The notes under the pieces are model-generated. The model saw only the letters and a list, made by a program, of their open reading frames with translations, had not been told where the DNA came from and did no database searches. The position numbers and the translations under genes are program-made. A DNA stretch of 64,000 nt. Source: an uncultured virus (IMG/VR IMGVR_UViG_3300011114_000889) (Duplodnaviria > Heunggongvirae > Uroviricota > Caudoviricetes). Below, one piece after another: positions 18,698-28,331 of the stretch (within the stretch, counting starts at the first letter, position 1; the number at the start of each line of letters is the position of its first letter). The stretch lies in IMG/VR virus record IMGVR_UViG_3300011114_000889; one strand, given 5' to 3'.

Positions 18698-18902
18698 CCA
18701 TCTAGTTACCCTTCTTGAGCGTACCGCTCGTATGGACGAGAAGCTCGATTCCTTGCTCGACGATCGCGATAAACACGACCAGCGAATCGGCAAGGTTGAG
18801 AAGCATATTCACATGGGCTATGGAGTCGTAGCGGTTATGACGTTTATGATTTCGACCTTTGCTGAATTCTTTTGGTCAAAGATTTTTGGCAAGCATAGTT
18901 GA
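18687..18902 (+). CDS. Small coiled-coil plus transmembrane protein (XhlA/holin-like architecture)
   Basis: LERTARMDEKLD...RIGKVE coil followed by one C-terminal TM helix. Confidence 0.65.
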   Translation: MENDHLVTLLERTARMDEKLDSLLDDRDKHDQRIGKVEKHIHMGYGVVAVMTFMISTFAEFFWSKIFGKHS

Positions 18903-18937
18903 CAAACAAAAATAAGACCACACAATAGGAGAACTTT

Positions 18938-19552
18938 ATGGATTCAATTCGCAACCCTTTTTTTGCTTCTGCCGTCGCAACTGTTGATCGAGTTTTAGCC
19001 TCTCAAGTTACTTCTATTTTTAGCACTCAGATTTTAAGCAATTTAAAGCCATCCGATATTGGGGCTGCCCAAAAACCTTTGATTTTTGAAGATTTTAATT
19101 TTACAGCAACTGGTGCTACGACTGCGGATGTTCTTCAGATTGTATATACTATCCCCGGCGGGTCTTTAGGTCCGAATGGGGCGCTCGAGGGAAATTTATG
19201 GGCTAGTTGTACCGGTTCTGCAAATCCCAAAAGAATTAGAGTTTTTATTTCCAACACCAACAACGGAACATCTGGTACCCGTTTTGTTAACTTTAACATT
19301 GGGGCGCAATCTGCGACAGCCGTTGTCGGAATGAGGGGTTTCTTGATGTTTAATCGAGGCGCAGAGAATTCTCAAATTATTCAACCTTCCGCCTCCGGTG
19401 GAACGGGAAGTTCTACTTCTAGTTTTGCTTTTGAAGAGTTGGCAATTGATACTAGCCAGACTTTTTATATCTCTGTCTACCTCCAAAAAGATACTGCTGG
19501 GGAAGCTTTTCAAATGAAACTAACTAGGTTGCAAACTACCTATAGCCTTTAA
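18938..19552 (+). CDS. Putative virion structural protein (beta-rich)
   Basis: AGGAG RBS. Upstream promoter TTGACA-16-CACAAT. Thr/Ser/Gly-rich. Confidence 0.7.
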   Translation: MDSIRNPFFASAVATVDRVLASQVTSIFSTQILSNLKPSDIGAAQKPLIFEDFNFTATGATTADVLQIVYTIPGGSLGPNGALEGNLWASCTGSANPKRIRVFISNTNNGTSGTRFVNFNIGAQSATAVVGMRGFLMFNRGAENSQIIQPSASGGTGSSTSSFAFEELAIDTSQTFYISVYLQKDTAGEAFQMKLTRLQTTYSL

Positions 19553-19565
19553 ATAGGAGAACTAT

Positions 19566-19856
19566 ATGGCATTCTTTGATGAAAATCTCGCTCCCTCTGT
19601 AACCCAGGAAACTGATGCATCCCTTGTTTCTCTTGGCCAGCGTGGTTTTGTTTATGTTGCAGATACTACAGCCACACCAGGTAATTTTGCAGCTATTCAG
19701 ATCATTGCCGATACTATATTTTCGTCTTTAACAGCTCTGAATTCTACAGTCGGCGGTCTTGCCGGGGTAACTCTTACTGCTGGTACTATTATCTATGGGC
19801 CATTTACCGCTTTTACATTAACCTCTGGAAAAGTAATCGCCTACAAGGCAGGATAA
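19566..19856 (+). CDS. Putative virion protein
   Basis: Same AATAGGAGAACT RBS context as 18938. FAAIQ...AGTIIYG.FT..TL.SG.VIAY pattern. Confidence 0.72.
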   Translation: MAFFDENLAPSVTQETDASLVSLGQRGFVYVADTTATPGNFAAIQIIADTIFSSLTALNSTVGGLAGVTLTAGTIIYGPFTAFTLTSGKVIAYKAG

Positions 19857-19862
19857 ATTGCC

Positions 19863-20468
19863 ATGCCGAAACTCGGCTTAGGCTTATCGTTAACAGCTCT
19901 GGCGCGGTCATCTGGCATTGTCATCACTACTTCTAAAGCTTTCAACTCTTCAAATGTCCAAGTCGGACCAACAAATACAGGAAATATACCCGCAGGCTGG
20001 GTAGCAAACCAAAGTACTATTACTTCTGTCGTTTTCGCCAATAACAATAGCGTAACCAGCATTGGAGTTCAAGCATTCCAAGGCTGCACCAACCTAAAAA
20101 ACGTTATAATTCCCGACAGCGTGACCAGTATTGGGAGTAGTGCGTTCTCTGTTTGCACCAGCCTAACCAGCGTTACAATTTCCAAGAGCTTGACGATTCT
20201 TGAGAATAGCGTGTTCTTTGGTTGCACCAGCCTGACCAGTGTCACCATCCCCAACAACTTGACGAGTATTGGAAGTTCGTTCTCTGGTTGCACCAGCCTG
20301 GCCACAGTTCTTTGCTATGTTGCACAATCAGCTTTTGCTGGAAGTGGTGCATTTAATAACACTGCGTCGCCATTAACTATCCGAGTCAGAAGTACCGACA
20401 CCTCTTGGACGGCTGGGGCACAGGCTTTCCAAGGAAATCCAAATGTCGAAGTAATAAAGAACTTGTAG
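19863..20468 (+). CDS. BspA-type leucine-rich repeat (LRR_5) protein
   Basis: About four 22-23 aa repeats of the type V.IP.SVTSIG..AF.GCTSL, with DNA-level repeats TGCACCAGCCT. Confidence 0.9.
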   Translation: MPKLGLGLSLTALARSSGIVITTSKAFNSSNVQVGPTNTGNIPAGWVANQSTITSVVFANNNSVTSIGVQAFQGCTNLKNVIIPDSVTSIGSSAFSVCTSLTSVTISKSLTILENSVFFGCTSLTSVTIPNNLTSIGSSFSGCTSLATVLCYVAQSAFAGSGAFNNTASPLTIRVRSTDTSWTAGAQAFQGNPNVEVIKNL

Positions 20469-20497
20469 AAATCTTAGTTTTGATTCAAAATCCTTGT

Positions 20498-20542
20498 ATG
20501 TCTAAAACCATTCACTTCGTCTCTGGTTGCAGAGTCGTTTAG
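20498..20542 (+). pseudogene. Possible 5' remnant of a sulfotransferase-family gene
   Basis: Mini-ORF MSKTIHFVSGCRVV* starts 7 nt after TTGTAG-17-CAAAAT. The first 10 aa resemble the strand before the (L)PRSGST PAPS-binding loop. Confidence 0.4.
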
Positions 20543-20560
20543 GTGGGTTAGAGAACTATA

Positions 20561-20944
20561 ATGCCCATCCTCCTCCTTCTTGTTCTCTTAGCTTTAACGT
20601 CCTGCGCTTCTACGAAGTATAGTTCGTCTGGCTCGTTGACCCTTGAAGCAACGACTCAATCCGTATTGAAGGCTCAAGCCATAGCTCGCTCTATCCATGC
20701 CTGTAAACCCGTGGCTGACGAACTCGATAACACCAAAGACCAGATCCTAAAGCTTCAGTCTCAGGTTGATAAGAATTTCAAAGAACGTTCGGAGATGGCT
20801 GAAAGGCTCGAGTATCTTGAGGCCAAGTATAGCAAAGCGGTTGGAATGCTTTGGAAGTGGCGTTTGATTGGTATCGGTGGGATGCTCTTACTACCCGCAT
20901 TTTTGGCCTTGCGTAATTTCTTTCCCTTTCTTAAACTCTTTTAA
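20561..20944 (+). CDS. Lipoprotein with C-terminal TM helix; putative unimolecular spanin
   Basis: Lipobox LTSC after a hydrophobic leader, central coiled coil, C-terminal hydrophobic segment. Adjacent to holin and endolysin. Confidence 0.65.
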   Translation: MPILLLLVLLALTSCASTKYSSSGSLTLEATTQSVLKAQAIARSIHACKPVADELDNTKDQILKLQSQVDKNFKERSEMAERLEYLEAKYSKAVGMLWKWRLIGIGGMLLLPAFLALRNFFPFLKLF

Positions 20945-21286
20945 GTGAAAAAGTGGCTAAAGGATAACGTCCAGGGTTTGGGCGCTTTGTCGTGTGGCTT
21001 AGCCTTGTTTCTTGTTTTAGGCCCAATTCTTCACGCTATTGACCCCGGAGCTGGAGTTGTGGATCTTGGAGCCCTTCATGTTGTTCTGTTTGCGGGTGTT
21101 AAATTGCTCTTTGCGGTGACATTAGCTTGGCTAATAATCAATATTGAGTTTAAGTTTTTAGATCAATACATGGATAATAATGCTTTGGAGGATGACTGGA
21201 AGGAGCTAAACGGGCAGACGCGAGCGACCATATTGGTCACCGTGTTTATAGGTCTTGTCTTAGCTTTTGCCTTGTTATGCGGATAA
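20945..21286 (+). CDS. Putative holin
   Basis: 113 aa with three hydrophobic helices, directly upstream of and overlapping the endolysin. Confidence 0.65.
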   Translation: MKKWLKDNVQGLGALSCGLALFLVLGPILHAIDPGAGVVDLGALHVVLFAGVKLLFAVTLAWLIINIEFKFLDQYMDNNALEDDWKELNGQTRATILVTVFIGLVLAFALLCG

Positions 21287-21819
21287 TCCATGCGTTGGCT
21301 TTGGCATCTCTATCTTTGCTGGGTACCGGAGAGGGAGTTGCTCAGGGAGTCGTATTATCGCGAGGAGCAAGAGTGGAAAGCCTTATGGAAGTTGCCAGAA
21401 ATACGATCGGACTCCGAGAAGAACCTGGAAACTCCGGGGCCGTGGTGGACGAGATCTTAGCCACAGTTGGGCTAGAAGGTAGTCGAGCCCCTTGGTGTGC
21501 GGCTTGGGTTGTCTATGTAGGCGACAAAGCTTTTGGTAAGCAGGCCAATCCATTCCCCCGTTCTGCTTGGAGTCCAGCCTTTGTCGTTAAACCCACCTGG
21601 GACCGCGGTAAAGGCGCTACACCGGGCCCCGCTGACGCTTTTGGCATATACTTCCAAAGCTTGCGTAGAGTGGCTCACACGGGGCTTATAGAGCGAATTG
21701 AGGGTAAGATGGCAGTTACCATAGAAGGTAATACAAACGATAACGGGAGCCGTGATGGGGATGGGGTCTATCGCAAGCGTCGGCCATTGTGTACAATGCT
21801 CGCAAGGAGCTGGTTATGA
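21277..21819 (+). CDS. CHAP-domain endolysin with probable signal peptide
   Basis: PWCAAWV (catalytic Cys), AHTG (His), TIEGNT. Hydrophobic N-terminus. Confidence 0.88.
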   Translation: MRIIHALALASLSLLGTGEGVAQGVVLSRGARVESLMEVARNTIGLREEPGNSGAVVDEILATVGLEGSRAPWCAAWVVYVGDKAFGKQANPFPRSAWSPAFVVKPTWDRGKGATPGPADAFGIYFQSLRRVAHTGLIERIEGKMAVTIEGNTNDNGSRDGDGVYRKRRPLCTMLARSWL

Positions 21820-22217
21820 GTATTAAACTAGGAGCAATAGGAGTACAGAAGGTTTGTACTAAATTGATGGAACAAGGTTTTCTTGTGAGCATGCCCATTT
21901 ACGATGACGGGTATGATTTAGTTACAGATTGGAAGGGGAATATGGCGCGGGTACAGGTTAAAACTACTATTGGAAATGAAGATTGTCGACGCAGGAAATT
22001 AAAGTTTTTTGCGATAAGAGGTCCAGGTTTTGGGCATATGGAAAAAAGGTTATACTCTAAAATAGACTGCGATATTTTTATATTTTACCACACAACTTTG
22101 GACGCGTTGTTCATTATACCAAGGGAAAAGCTTCCCCGCACGAAGTCGATTTATCTTGAACCTAATTGTAAGTGGCGCGACAATTGGAATGTGTTAAGAG
22201 GAGCTTCACATAAATGA
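21816..22217 (+). CDS. PD-(D/E)XK endonuclease, group I intron-associated type, free-standing
   Basis: G..VS.P...GYDLV.D...RVQVKT...Y....CDIF pattern. Probable start is ATG 21816 (ATGA overlap). Confidence 0.78.
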   Translation: MSIKLGAIGVQKVCTKLMEQGFLVSMPIYDDGYDLVTDWKGNMARVQVKTTIGNEDCRRRKLKFFAIRGPGFGHMEKRLYSKIDCDIFIFYHTTLDALFIIPREKLPRTKSIYLEPNCKWRDNWNVLRGASHK

Positions 22218-23197
22218 GTCTGTCTGATATGGACACTACGGGTCGCAACAGAAATGTTCTAAGTCCCGTTGTTGAGCCGGTAGTTATTTCTGCCTCCACG
22301 ACAACTTCTGGCAGTGGTGGCGGCATCAACCCAATTCCAACTCAAATTTTTAATTTTTCTACAAGCGGAAGCCAAGCTTTTACTTTTGGGGGAACACAAG
22401 TCATAAGAATTATTATGATAGGTGGGGGTGGGGGTGGTGGAGGGGGAAGAGGTTCTAATGGGACTACTGCAAGTAAATTCGGCGGTGGAGGGGGAAGTTC
22501 GGGCCAATACGTTGATGTCACTGTTTTAAGATCTCAATTAGCCGGGGCAACTACTATGACTTACGTAATAGGATCTGGTGGATCTGGTGGGGCGGGAGGT
22601 TCCTCCGGGAATGGAGTTGCGGGGAGTAATGGCACAGCGACAACACTTTCTTTTAATACTTCCCCTTCTCCCTTGAGTTTTATTGCTTACAATGGGTTTG
22701 GAGCGGATTTTGGGTCAACCACAAACGGAAGAGGAGGAAGTTCCTCCGGAACCGCAACAGGAGGAGACAGTTCTACTGCCCAAACAGGTCTTAGTGGGGG
22801 TGGCGGCTTAGTCGGTGCAGGAGGGGGCGGAGGAGGTGTTATCACAGATTCAACTGCTGCTAGGGATGGTGGTTTGGGGGGCCGTGGCGGATCCCCTTTT
22901 GCGAGCAACAATGCGATTGGAGGAAATTCTTCTGCCAGCGTAGCTGGTGGAAATGGAAATGCCGGAACATCCCCAACGCAACCCACGGGCACAAGTTTTT
23001 TGTTGGGGGGAGGTGGAGGAGCTGGGGGTGGGGCTTCAAGAGCTAGTGGTCTCAAGGGAGGAAATGGAGGAGCTGGTGGAAATCCTGGGGGCGGTGGGGG
23101 CGGCGGGGGAGCGAGCGGCAATGCAACAACTTCAGGAGTAGGGGGGTCGGGAGGTGTTGGAGGTTCCGGTATGATTCGAGTTTTATTTTACGAATAA
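22214..23197 (+). CDS. Glycine-rich virion/tail fibre protein
   Basis: IGGGGGGG, GGGGSSG.Y, IGSGG.GG and terminal G.GGSGMIRV are typical of phage glycine-rich domains. Confidence 0.8.
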   Translation: MSLSDMDTTGRNRNVLSPVVEPVVISASTTTSGSGGGINPIPTQIFNFSTSGSQAFTFGGTQVIRIIMIGGGGGGGGGRGSNGTTASKFGGGGGSSGQYVDVTVLRSQLAGATTMTYVIGSGGSGGAGGSSGNGVAGSNGTATTLSFNTSPSPLSFIAYNGFGADFGSTTNGRGGSSSGTATGGDSSTAQTGLSGGGGLVGAGGGGGGVITDSTAARDGGLGGRGGSPFASNNAIGGNSSASVAGGNGNAGTSPTQPTGTSFLLGGGGGAGGGASRASGLKGGNGGAGGNPGGGGGGGGASGNATTSGVGGSGGVGGSGMIRVLFYE

Positions 23198-23251
23198 TAT
23201 AATAAAAGTATAGTTATTGACTCCCAAAAACCAATTGCCATACTACTTGCG

Positions 23252-23635
23252 ATGAGTTTTCCTAATCCCGACAACTACGCCCGAGATTGCGATTGTGGTA
23301 CAGCCGGGGCTAATACTACTCCTCCACCCGCCAGCCTTATTCCTCAAGCCGCGGAAGCCATCCGCTTGATAAGCGTTTCTACCGCACTGAATTTCACTAG
23401 CATTAGCTCTGGCGGTTTTGTTGATCTCACAATTTCTCTTACCGGAGCTGCGGTCAATGATACTGTTTTTGCAACTTGTTTGGATACAGCTGGACGGGGG
23501 GCTACGGATGGGAAATTGATTTTTGAGGCATTTGTATCCGCCACGAATACGGTTACCGTTAGAGCCCACAACCCGACTTCTGGGTCAATCGACCCGGCAT
23601 CGTATAACTTTAGAGTAACTATTATAAAAGGATAA
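23252..23635 (+). CDS. Putative virion protein (beta-sandwich)
   Basis: TGAAVNDTV...VSATNTVTVR..N motif. Promoter TTGACT-16-CATACT ends 8 nt before the ATG. Confidence 0.75.
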   Translation: MSFPNPDNYARDCDCGTAGANTTPPPASLIPQAAEAIRLISVSTALNFTSISSGGFVDLTISLTGAAVNDTVFATCLDTAGRGATDGKLIFEAFVSATNTVTVRAHNPTSGSIDPASYNFRVTIIKG

Positions 23636-23647
23636 TGGGGGGATTAA

Positions 23648-24556
23648 ATGAGCTGCGATTGTAATACACTTGTGATTGGAGAAGCCGGACCCCAAGGACC
23701 TCAGGGTTTTGGTGGCATTGACGGAACAAATGGTACGAACGGAATTAATGCCTTTACAACCCTTACTGCTTCTTTTACTCAACCAAATGTAGGTTCGAAT
23801 GTAACGATTTCCGTCGGTGATTCTGCTTGGATTGCTCTAGGGCAAAACATCTATATTGCTCAGGCTGGGTACTATCAAGTTATTGCTATTGTTTCTTCAA
23901 CAGCAATTACAGTAGAATTAGTCAATGCAGATTTAGTTGCTTCCGGTTCAACTGTTTCTTCAAATCGTAGAATCTCACCCTCATCCGTTGCAGGATACAT
24001 TGACCCAAATCTAACTTCGATTGATATCAATCAGTCTTTTACATCCGTTAATCCAGCCCTTAGGGTGAGCGGATCAAATAGTTTACCTTTGATACAGGCC
24101 GATGCCGTGCTAAACAAAGTTGGCATTAATGTTAGCCCAGCTTCTGGTGGAGCAACTTTAACCGTTGGCGGAAGCATGGAAGTTACGGGCAATACGTTAG
24201 TTTCTTCTGGATACGTAAAAGGCACCAGACTTCGTGTTGGTACCGCAACTCCAGCAGCAGAGCTTACCAAACTTTTATTTTTTACGACTTCGAGCACCGT
24301 TACTTTATTGGGGGTAGTCGGAGATAGGACAAGGATAACTGGATTAACTGTTACCGGAGCGGCGCTTGGGGATACAGTCCAGATTGGTTATGCAACAAGT
24401 CCTGGGGCCGCTTTTGAGGCAAATGTGGAAATGTCAGCTAAGGTTTCCGCGGCAAATACTATCACGGTTTTTTTCACTAATTTTTCAACTACTCCTTATT
24501 CTGGAGTTACGATTAATTTAAAAATTGCAGTATCAACCTATACGCTGGCAGTCTAA
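23648..24556 (+). CDS. Tail fibre-like protein with short collagen-like repeat
   Basis: GEAGPQGPQGFGGIDGTNGTNG. C-terminal domain resembles 23252..23635. Confidence 0.75.
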   Translation: MSCDCNTLVIGEAGPQGPQGFGGIDGTNGTNGINAFTTLTASFTQPNVGSNVTISVGDSAWIALGQNIYIAQAGYYQVIAIVSSTAITVELVNADLVASGSTVSSNRRISPSSVAGYIDPNLTSIDINQSFTSVNPALRVSGSNSLPLIQADAVLNKVGINVSPASGGATLTVGGSMEVTGNTLVSSGYVKGTRLRVGTATPAAELTKLLFFTTSSTVTLLGVVGDRTRITGLTVTGAALGDTVQIGYATSPGAAFEANVEMSAKVSAANTITVFFTNFSTTPYSGVTINLKIAVSTYTLAV

Positions 24557-26517
24557 TGATCTCGGACCAGAATAGGTTAACAGAGGGGATGGGGTCCTTT
24601 CTGGGGGGAGCTAATTCTGCCGTTGACCCAGCCCTTATTTCCGAAAACCAATACTCGTGGGGTGAAAATATTGTTGTCCGAGATGGTTTTCCCAAGACCC
24701 GCCCTGGTTTTAAATTTATAAAATTACTCCCTCCGGGCGTTATCCAGGGAGCTTGCTACTTCACAAATCGAATTCGGAACACGCAGGACCTGATTGCTTT
24801 GATCAACGGAAAATTATATGATCTTTCTCCCCTTGAAGCCTCTACAGAAGCTAGGGATATTTCTCCCGCTGGCGAGACAAGTCCTTTCATCTCTCAAAAA
24901 GCTTCTTTGGTGCAGGCAAACGCTTTTTTAGTTTCGCAAGACGGAACTTCTCCAGCCATTGTTTATGACGGAGCCACTTCTTTTAGGTCTCAGGGAAAAA
25001 CACAATTAGCCAGTCCAGCAGTTACGATTACCGATGCTGTTTTAGGGGCAAACAATAATCTCATCGCCGTACCCAATGTAGTTGGAATTGAAGTTGGAAT
25101 GTTGGTTGCCTCTAATTCCGGAGCCGTACAAGATGAAACTTTTGTAACATCTTTTGATGTTGGAAATTCTACTATTACTTTAAGTAAAGACGCAACAAGA
25201 ACTATTGTTACCACGCTTCTTTTTTATTCTCCCGGAATTGTGCGCGACAATATTTCTATACCCGTAGGTTCACTTGTGGCTTACGGCAATGGTCGGTTAT
25301 GGGTTGCCAATAATAATAATCTTTTTGCCGGAGATCTTGTCGGTTCAAGCCTGAATGCTGAAATTAAGTTTACTGAAACAATTTATTTAACTGGTGGCGG
25401 AAGTTTTTATTTTAATGAGAATATAACTGGACTTGTGTTCTTGCCGGGACAAGACAATTCTGTTGGCCAAGGAGATCTTATTGTTTTCACACAAAACGCA
25501 ATTTACGCTGTTCGAGCCACCAATTACGATCGCACAACTTGGCAAACTACTCCAGGAATGCAAAGAAAGATATTTGTTGGTCGAGGATCAGAAAACCAAG
25601 AATCAATTATTGTTACAGATCGAGATATATATTTCAGATCTTTAGAAGGAATAAGATCTTTGGCTCAAACTGTCAATGCGACCGGAGTCCTTAGTTTTGT
25701 CGACAGTTTGGAAGCGGCTAGGGTAATGTCTTTTGATACCGAAAGATGGCTAACTTATGCTCCTGGGGCTTTGTTTGACAGTCGATATCTGCTTGGTGGA
25801 GCACCTAAGATTCAAAGAATCACTGATGCAAATGGTAATTACACCGGAAGGTTTAACATTGTTTTCTCTAAAATTGTAAGCAAAGATTTTAATGCAGGTT
25901 CTGTCCTTAATGCACCAGTTCCTGTTTTTGATGGAGAGTGGAATGGATTACAAATTTGTAAAATAGTTGAAGGTACATTTGATAATGCAAGACGGTGTTT
26001 TGCAATTACATGCGACTCGGACGGCAAAAATTGCCTCTATGAAGTTACCCTTGCAGATTATGCCGACGAGATCAAACCTTCCCGAAATGCTAGTGTCGTT
26101 ACAACTCCCATTGAATGTTCAGTCGAAACTAAACGATTTTCATTTGGAACTCCTTTCGACATCAAAACTCTTATGCGGGCAGACGTTGGTTTTACGGATG
26201 TGTATGGAGACGTCACTTGGAATTTGAAATATAGTCCAGACTTTGTTAATCTATTTTACTCAATTCAAGAGAAGACAATACCTAACGAACAGGAGACTCC
26301 AGTTCTAACAACACAATCTCCACCCGACCTTCCTTATGGATTCAGGACAGTCCGAACCGTGAAGCCAGAATCTGTTTGTCTTGACCTTACAAATCGGTTG
26401 TCTAATTTTGGTTATATGTTTCAGGCCAAGCTTTATTGGGAGGGCCAGGCTAAGCTTGCGCTGTTCAGACTCCACGCCTCACGCAAGGACATCAGCGATT
26501 TGGGAGAATGCGGATGA
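24556..26517 (+). CDS. Putative tail nozzle/tubular (stabilisation) protein
   Basis: 653 aa, beta-propeller-like. N-terminal F.GG.NS...P..I..NQ.....N...R.G..KTRPG resembles podovirus nozzle proteins. Confidence 0.65.
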   Translation: MISDQNRLTEGMGSFLGGANSAVDPALISENQYSWGENIVVRDGFPKTRPGFKFIKLLPPGVIQGACYFTNRIRNTQDLIALINGKLYDLSPLEASTEARDISPAGETSPFISQKASLVQANAFLVSQDGTSPAIVYDGATSFRSQGKTQLASPAVTITDAVLGANNNLIAVPNVVGIEVGMLVASNSGAVQDETFVTSFDVGNSTITLSKDATRTIVTTLLFYSPGIVRDNISIPVGSLVAYGNGRLWVANNNNLFAGDLVGSSLNAEIKFTETIYLTGGGSFYFNENITGLVFLPGQDNSVGQGDLIVFTQNAIYAVRATNYDRTTWQTTPGMQRKIFVGRGSENQESIIVTDRDIYFRSLEGIRSLAQTVNATGVLSFVDSLEAARVMSFDTERWLTYAPGALFDSRYLLGGAPKIQRITDANGNYTGRFNIVFSKIVSKDFNAGSVLNAPVPVFDGEWNGLQICKIVEGTFDNARRCFAITCDSDGKNCLYEVTLADYADEIKPSRNASVVTTPIECSVETKRFSFGTPFDIKTLMRADVGFTDVYGDVTWNLKYSPDFVNLFYSIQEKTIPNEQETPVLTTQSPPDLPYGFRTVRTVKPESVCLDLTNRLSNFGYMFQAKLYWEGQAKLALFRLHASRKDISDLGECG

Positions 26518-28331
26518 GCGAGTATTCTGTCTATTTCAATCCTCCCGGATTTGACGATTATCCTCGTACTGTTCAGGATACTGTCGATCACGTAGCGTTA
26601 AATGCTCATGTCGAAAGAACGGATGTTGACGATATTTATGTTAAGAGCGTTACTGTTCCCTCGGTAGAGGATAACAACAAGATTTGGATTCATACGCCTC
26701 AACCTGGTGATGTTCCTGAACCTCCACTTCCAGTTCCACCGCCTCCGTCAGGAACTTCCGCCACCAGAATTTTGGTTGTGTCGGACTCTTATTCTCCAGC
26801 CACTATGCTCCGAGCCTACAATCCAACTACCGGAGCACTCGACAACACTTTTTCAGTTTCGTGGATCAGTATTACCAATCCCTCTATACGTGGTCTTGCC
26901 CTAGGGCCTTCTGGAAAATATTATATTGCAGTTGCAGATGGTTCCGGAGTGGCCACTATTTACAGAATCAATTCCGACGGAAGCCAAGATGGAACTTTTA
27001 CTGCCGGAGTTTTCGGGGGAACCTACCCCTATGTTCGCGGGCTGCAAGTTCAACCGGACGGAAAAATTATAGCCTTTGGAGATTTTGCCACCTACAATGC
27101 AACCGCCGCCGTGTGTATAGTAAGAATCAATACCGATGGAACACTAGATTCAACGTTTGTTTCTACAACTGGAGTTAGCAATTCAAGCGGAGCCCAAACG
27201 TGGATTAGAACCGTGGGCATTCAAGCAGACGGATCTATTCTGATCGGAGGTTACTTTGATCGTTATAAAGGAACGAATTTATCCTCTACTAGAATAGGAT
27301 TTTGTCGTCTTACATCAACAGCTTCTTTAGACACTTCTTTCACTCCTTATTCAAATGATGGTTTTAATGTTACGCCGTACATACTTGTTCAAGGCGATCA
27401 AAAAATTTTAGTGGGAGGACAACTCGGATCTATACGAAGATTTTTATCTAGCGGAGCCCAAGATACTTCTTTTTCAGTGCTTCAAGCAAGTAATTCCGTA
27501 GAAAATATTGTCCAAACGCCAGATGGAAAAATATATGTGGCCGGGCAATTTTCTAGCCCTGGAATAAAAGTAGCTAGACTCAACTCAGATGGGTCTACTG
27601 ATAGTACATTTGTAAGTTTGTTACCGAATGTTGGGTCGCATGCATATAGTTTAGCTGTTTCAAGTTCTGGTGCTTGTTTTGTATCGGGTGTTATGTATCC
27701 GGAAAAGGCGTCTAGACTAACTTCTAGTGGGGCAATAGATAATGCTTTTGATGTTTCAATAAGTAACCATCAAACGCGCCAGGGATTACTCCTTCAAGAG
27801 TCCCCCGAAATTACTAGTTCCGACTATTCTTCTGGGTTTATAAATGCTGCTTTTTCGTACCAAATTGTGGCGCTGCCCGCGCCTGTAATCTCTTATTCCG
27901 CTACTGGTCTTCCCGACGGAGTTACTGTCAATTCTTCTACCGGTCTTATTTCTGGAACTCCAACAGAAATAGGAGTATTTCCCGTTCTTCTTGGCGCAAC
28001 TAATGCATCCGGAACCTCCACTAAAGGAATGAACATTCAAATTTTTGACGCAATCCCAACAACAGATTTTGCAACACCAGCGCTTAGACGATATTTTTCG
28101 GGGCAATGGTCTGAGTTTTCTACTTTGAACCGGGGAGATATTATTATAACTTCTGACGACGAAGATGTCACGTTCCCCTGGGGCGAGTCCGGGAAAATTT
28201 ATGATATGTCTCCCTGGGGAGAACCAAACTTTACAGTCCCTACTCTACCGACTCCACCAACAGGTTTTAAATATAAGTACTACATTGGAGCTAGAATATC
28301 GCAACCCGATCTTCCAGTAATAACCCCATGA
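26514..28331 (+). CDS. Tail-associated protein with Delta-60-type beta-propeller repeats and a putative Ig domain
   Basis: Repeats VQPDGKII..G.F and RLNSDGSTDSTF. Ig-type YSATGLPDGVTVNSSTGLISGTP. Confidence 0.82.
   Translation: MSEYSVYFNPPGFDDYPRTVQDTVDHVALNAHVERTDVDDIYVKSVTVPSVEDNNKIWIHTPQPGDVPEPPLPVPPPPSGTSATRILVVSDSYSPATMLRAYNPTTGALDNTFSVSWISITNPSIRGLALGPSGKYYIAVADGSGVATIYRINSDGSQDGTFTAGVFGGTYPYVRGLQVQPDGKIIAFGDFATYNATAAVCIVRINTDGTLDSTFVSTTGVSNSSGAQTWIRTVGIQADGSILIGGYFDRYKGTNLSSTRIGFCRLTSTASLDTSFTPYSNDGFNVTPYILVQGDQKILVGGQLGSIRRFLSSGAQDTSFSVLQASNSVENIVQTPDGKIYVAGQFSSPGIKVARLNSDGSTDSTFVSLLPNVGSHAYSLAVSSSGACFVSGVMYPEKASRLTSSGAIDNAFDVSISNHQTRQGLLLQESPEITSSDYSSGFINAAFSYQIVALPAPVISYSATGLPDGVTVNSSTGLISGTPTEIGVFPVLLGATNASGTSTKGMNIQIFDAIPTTDFATPALRRYFSGQWSEFSTLNRGDIIITSDDEDVTFPWGESGKIYDMSPWGEPNFTVPTLPTPPTGFKYKYYIGARISQPDLPVITP

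Noticed and set aside
19863..20468. Diversity-generating retroelement target
   Set aside because: No reverse transcriptase or template repeat with adenine-specific mismatches seen. The repeats are the LRR units themselves.
22687..23121. Proline-rich minus-strand ORF
   Set aside because: Mirror of the Gly (GGN) codons of the glycine-rich gene.
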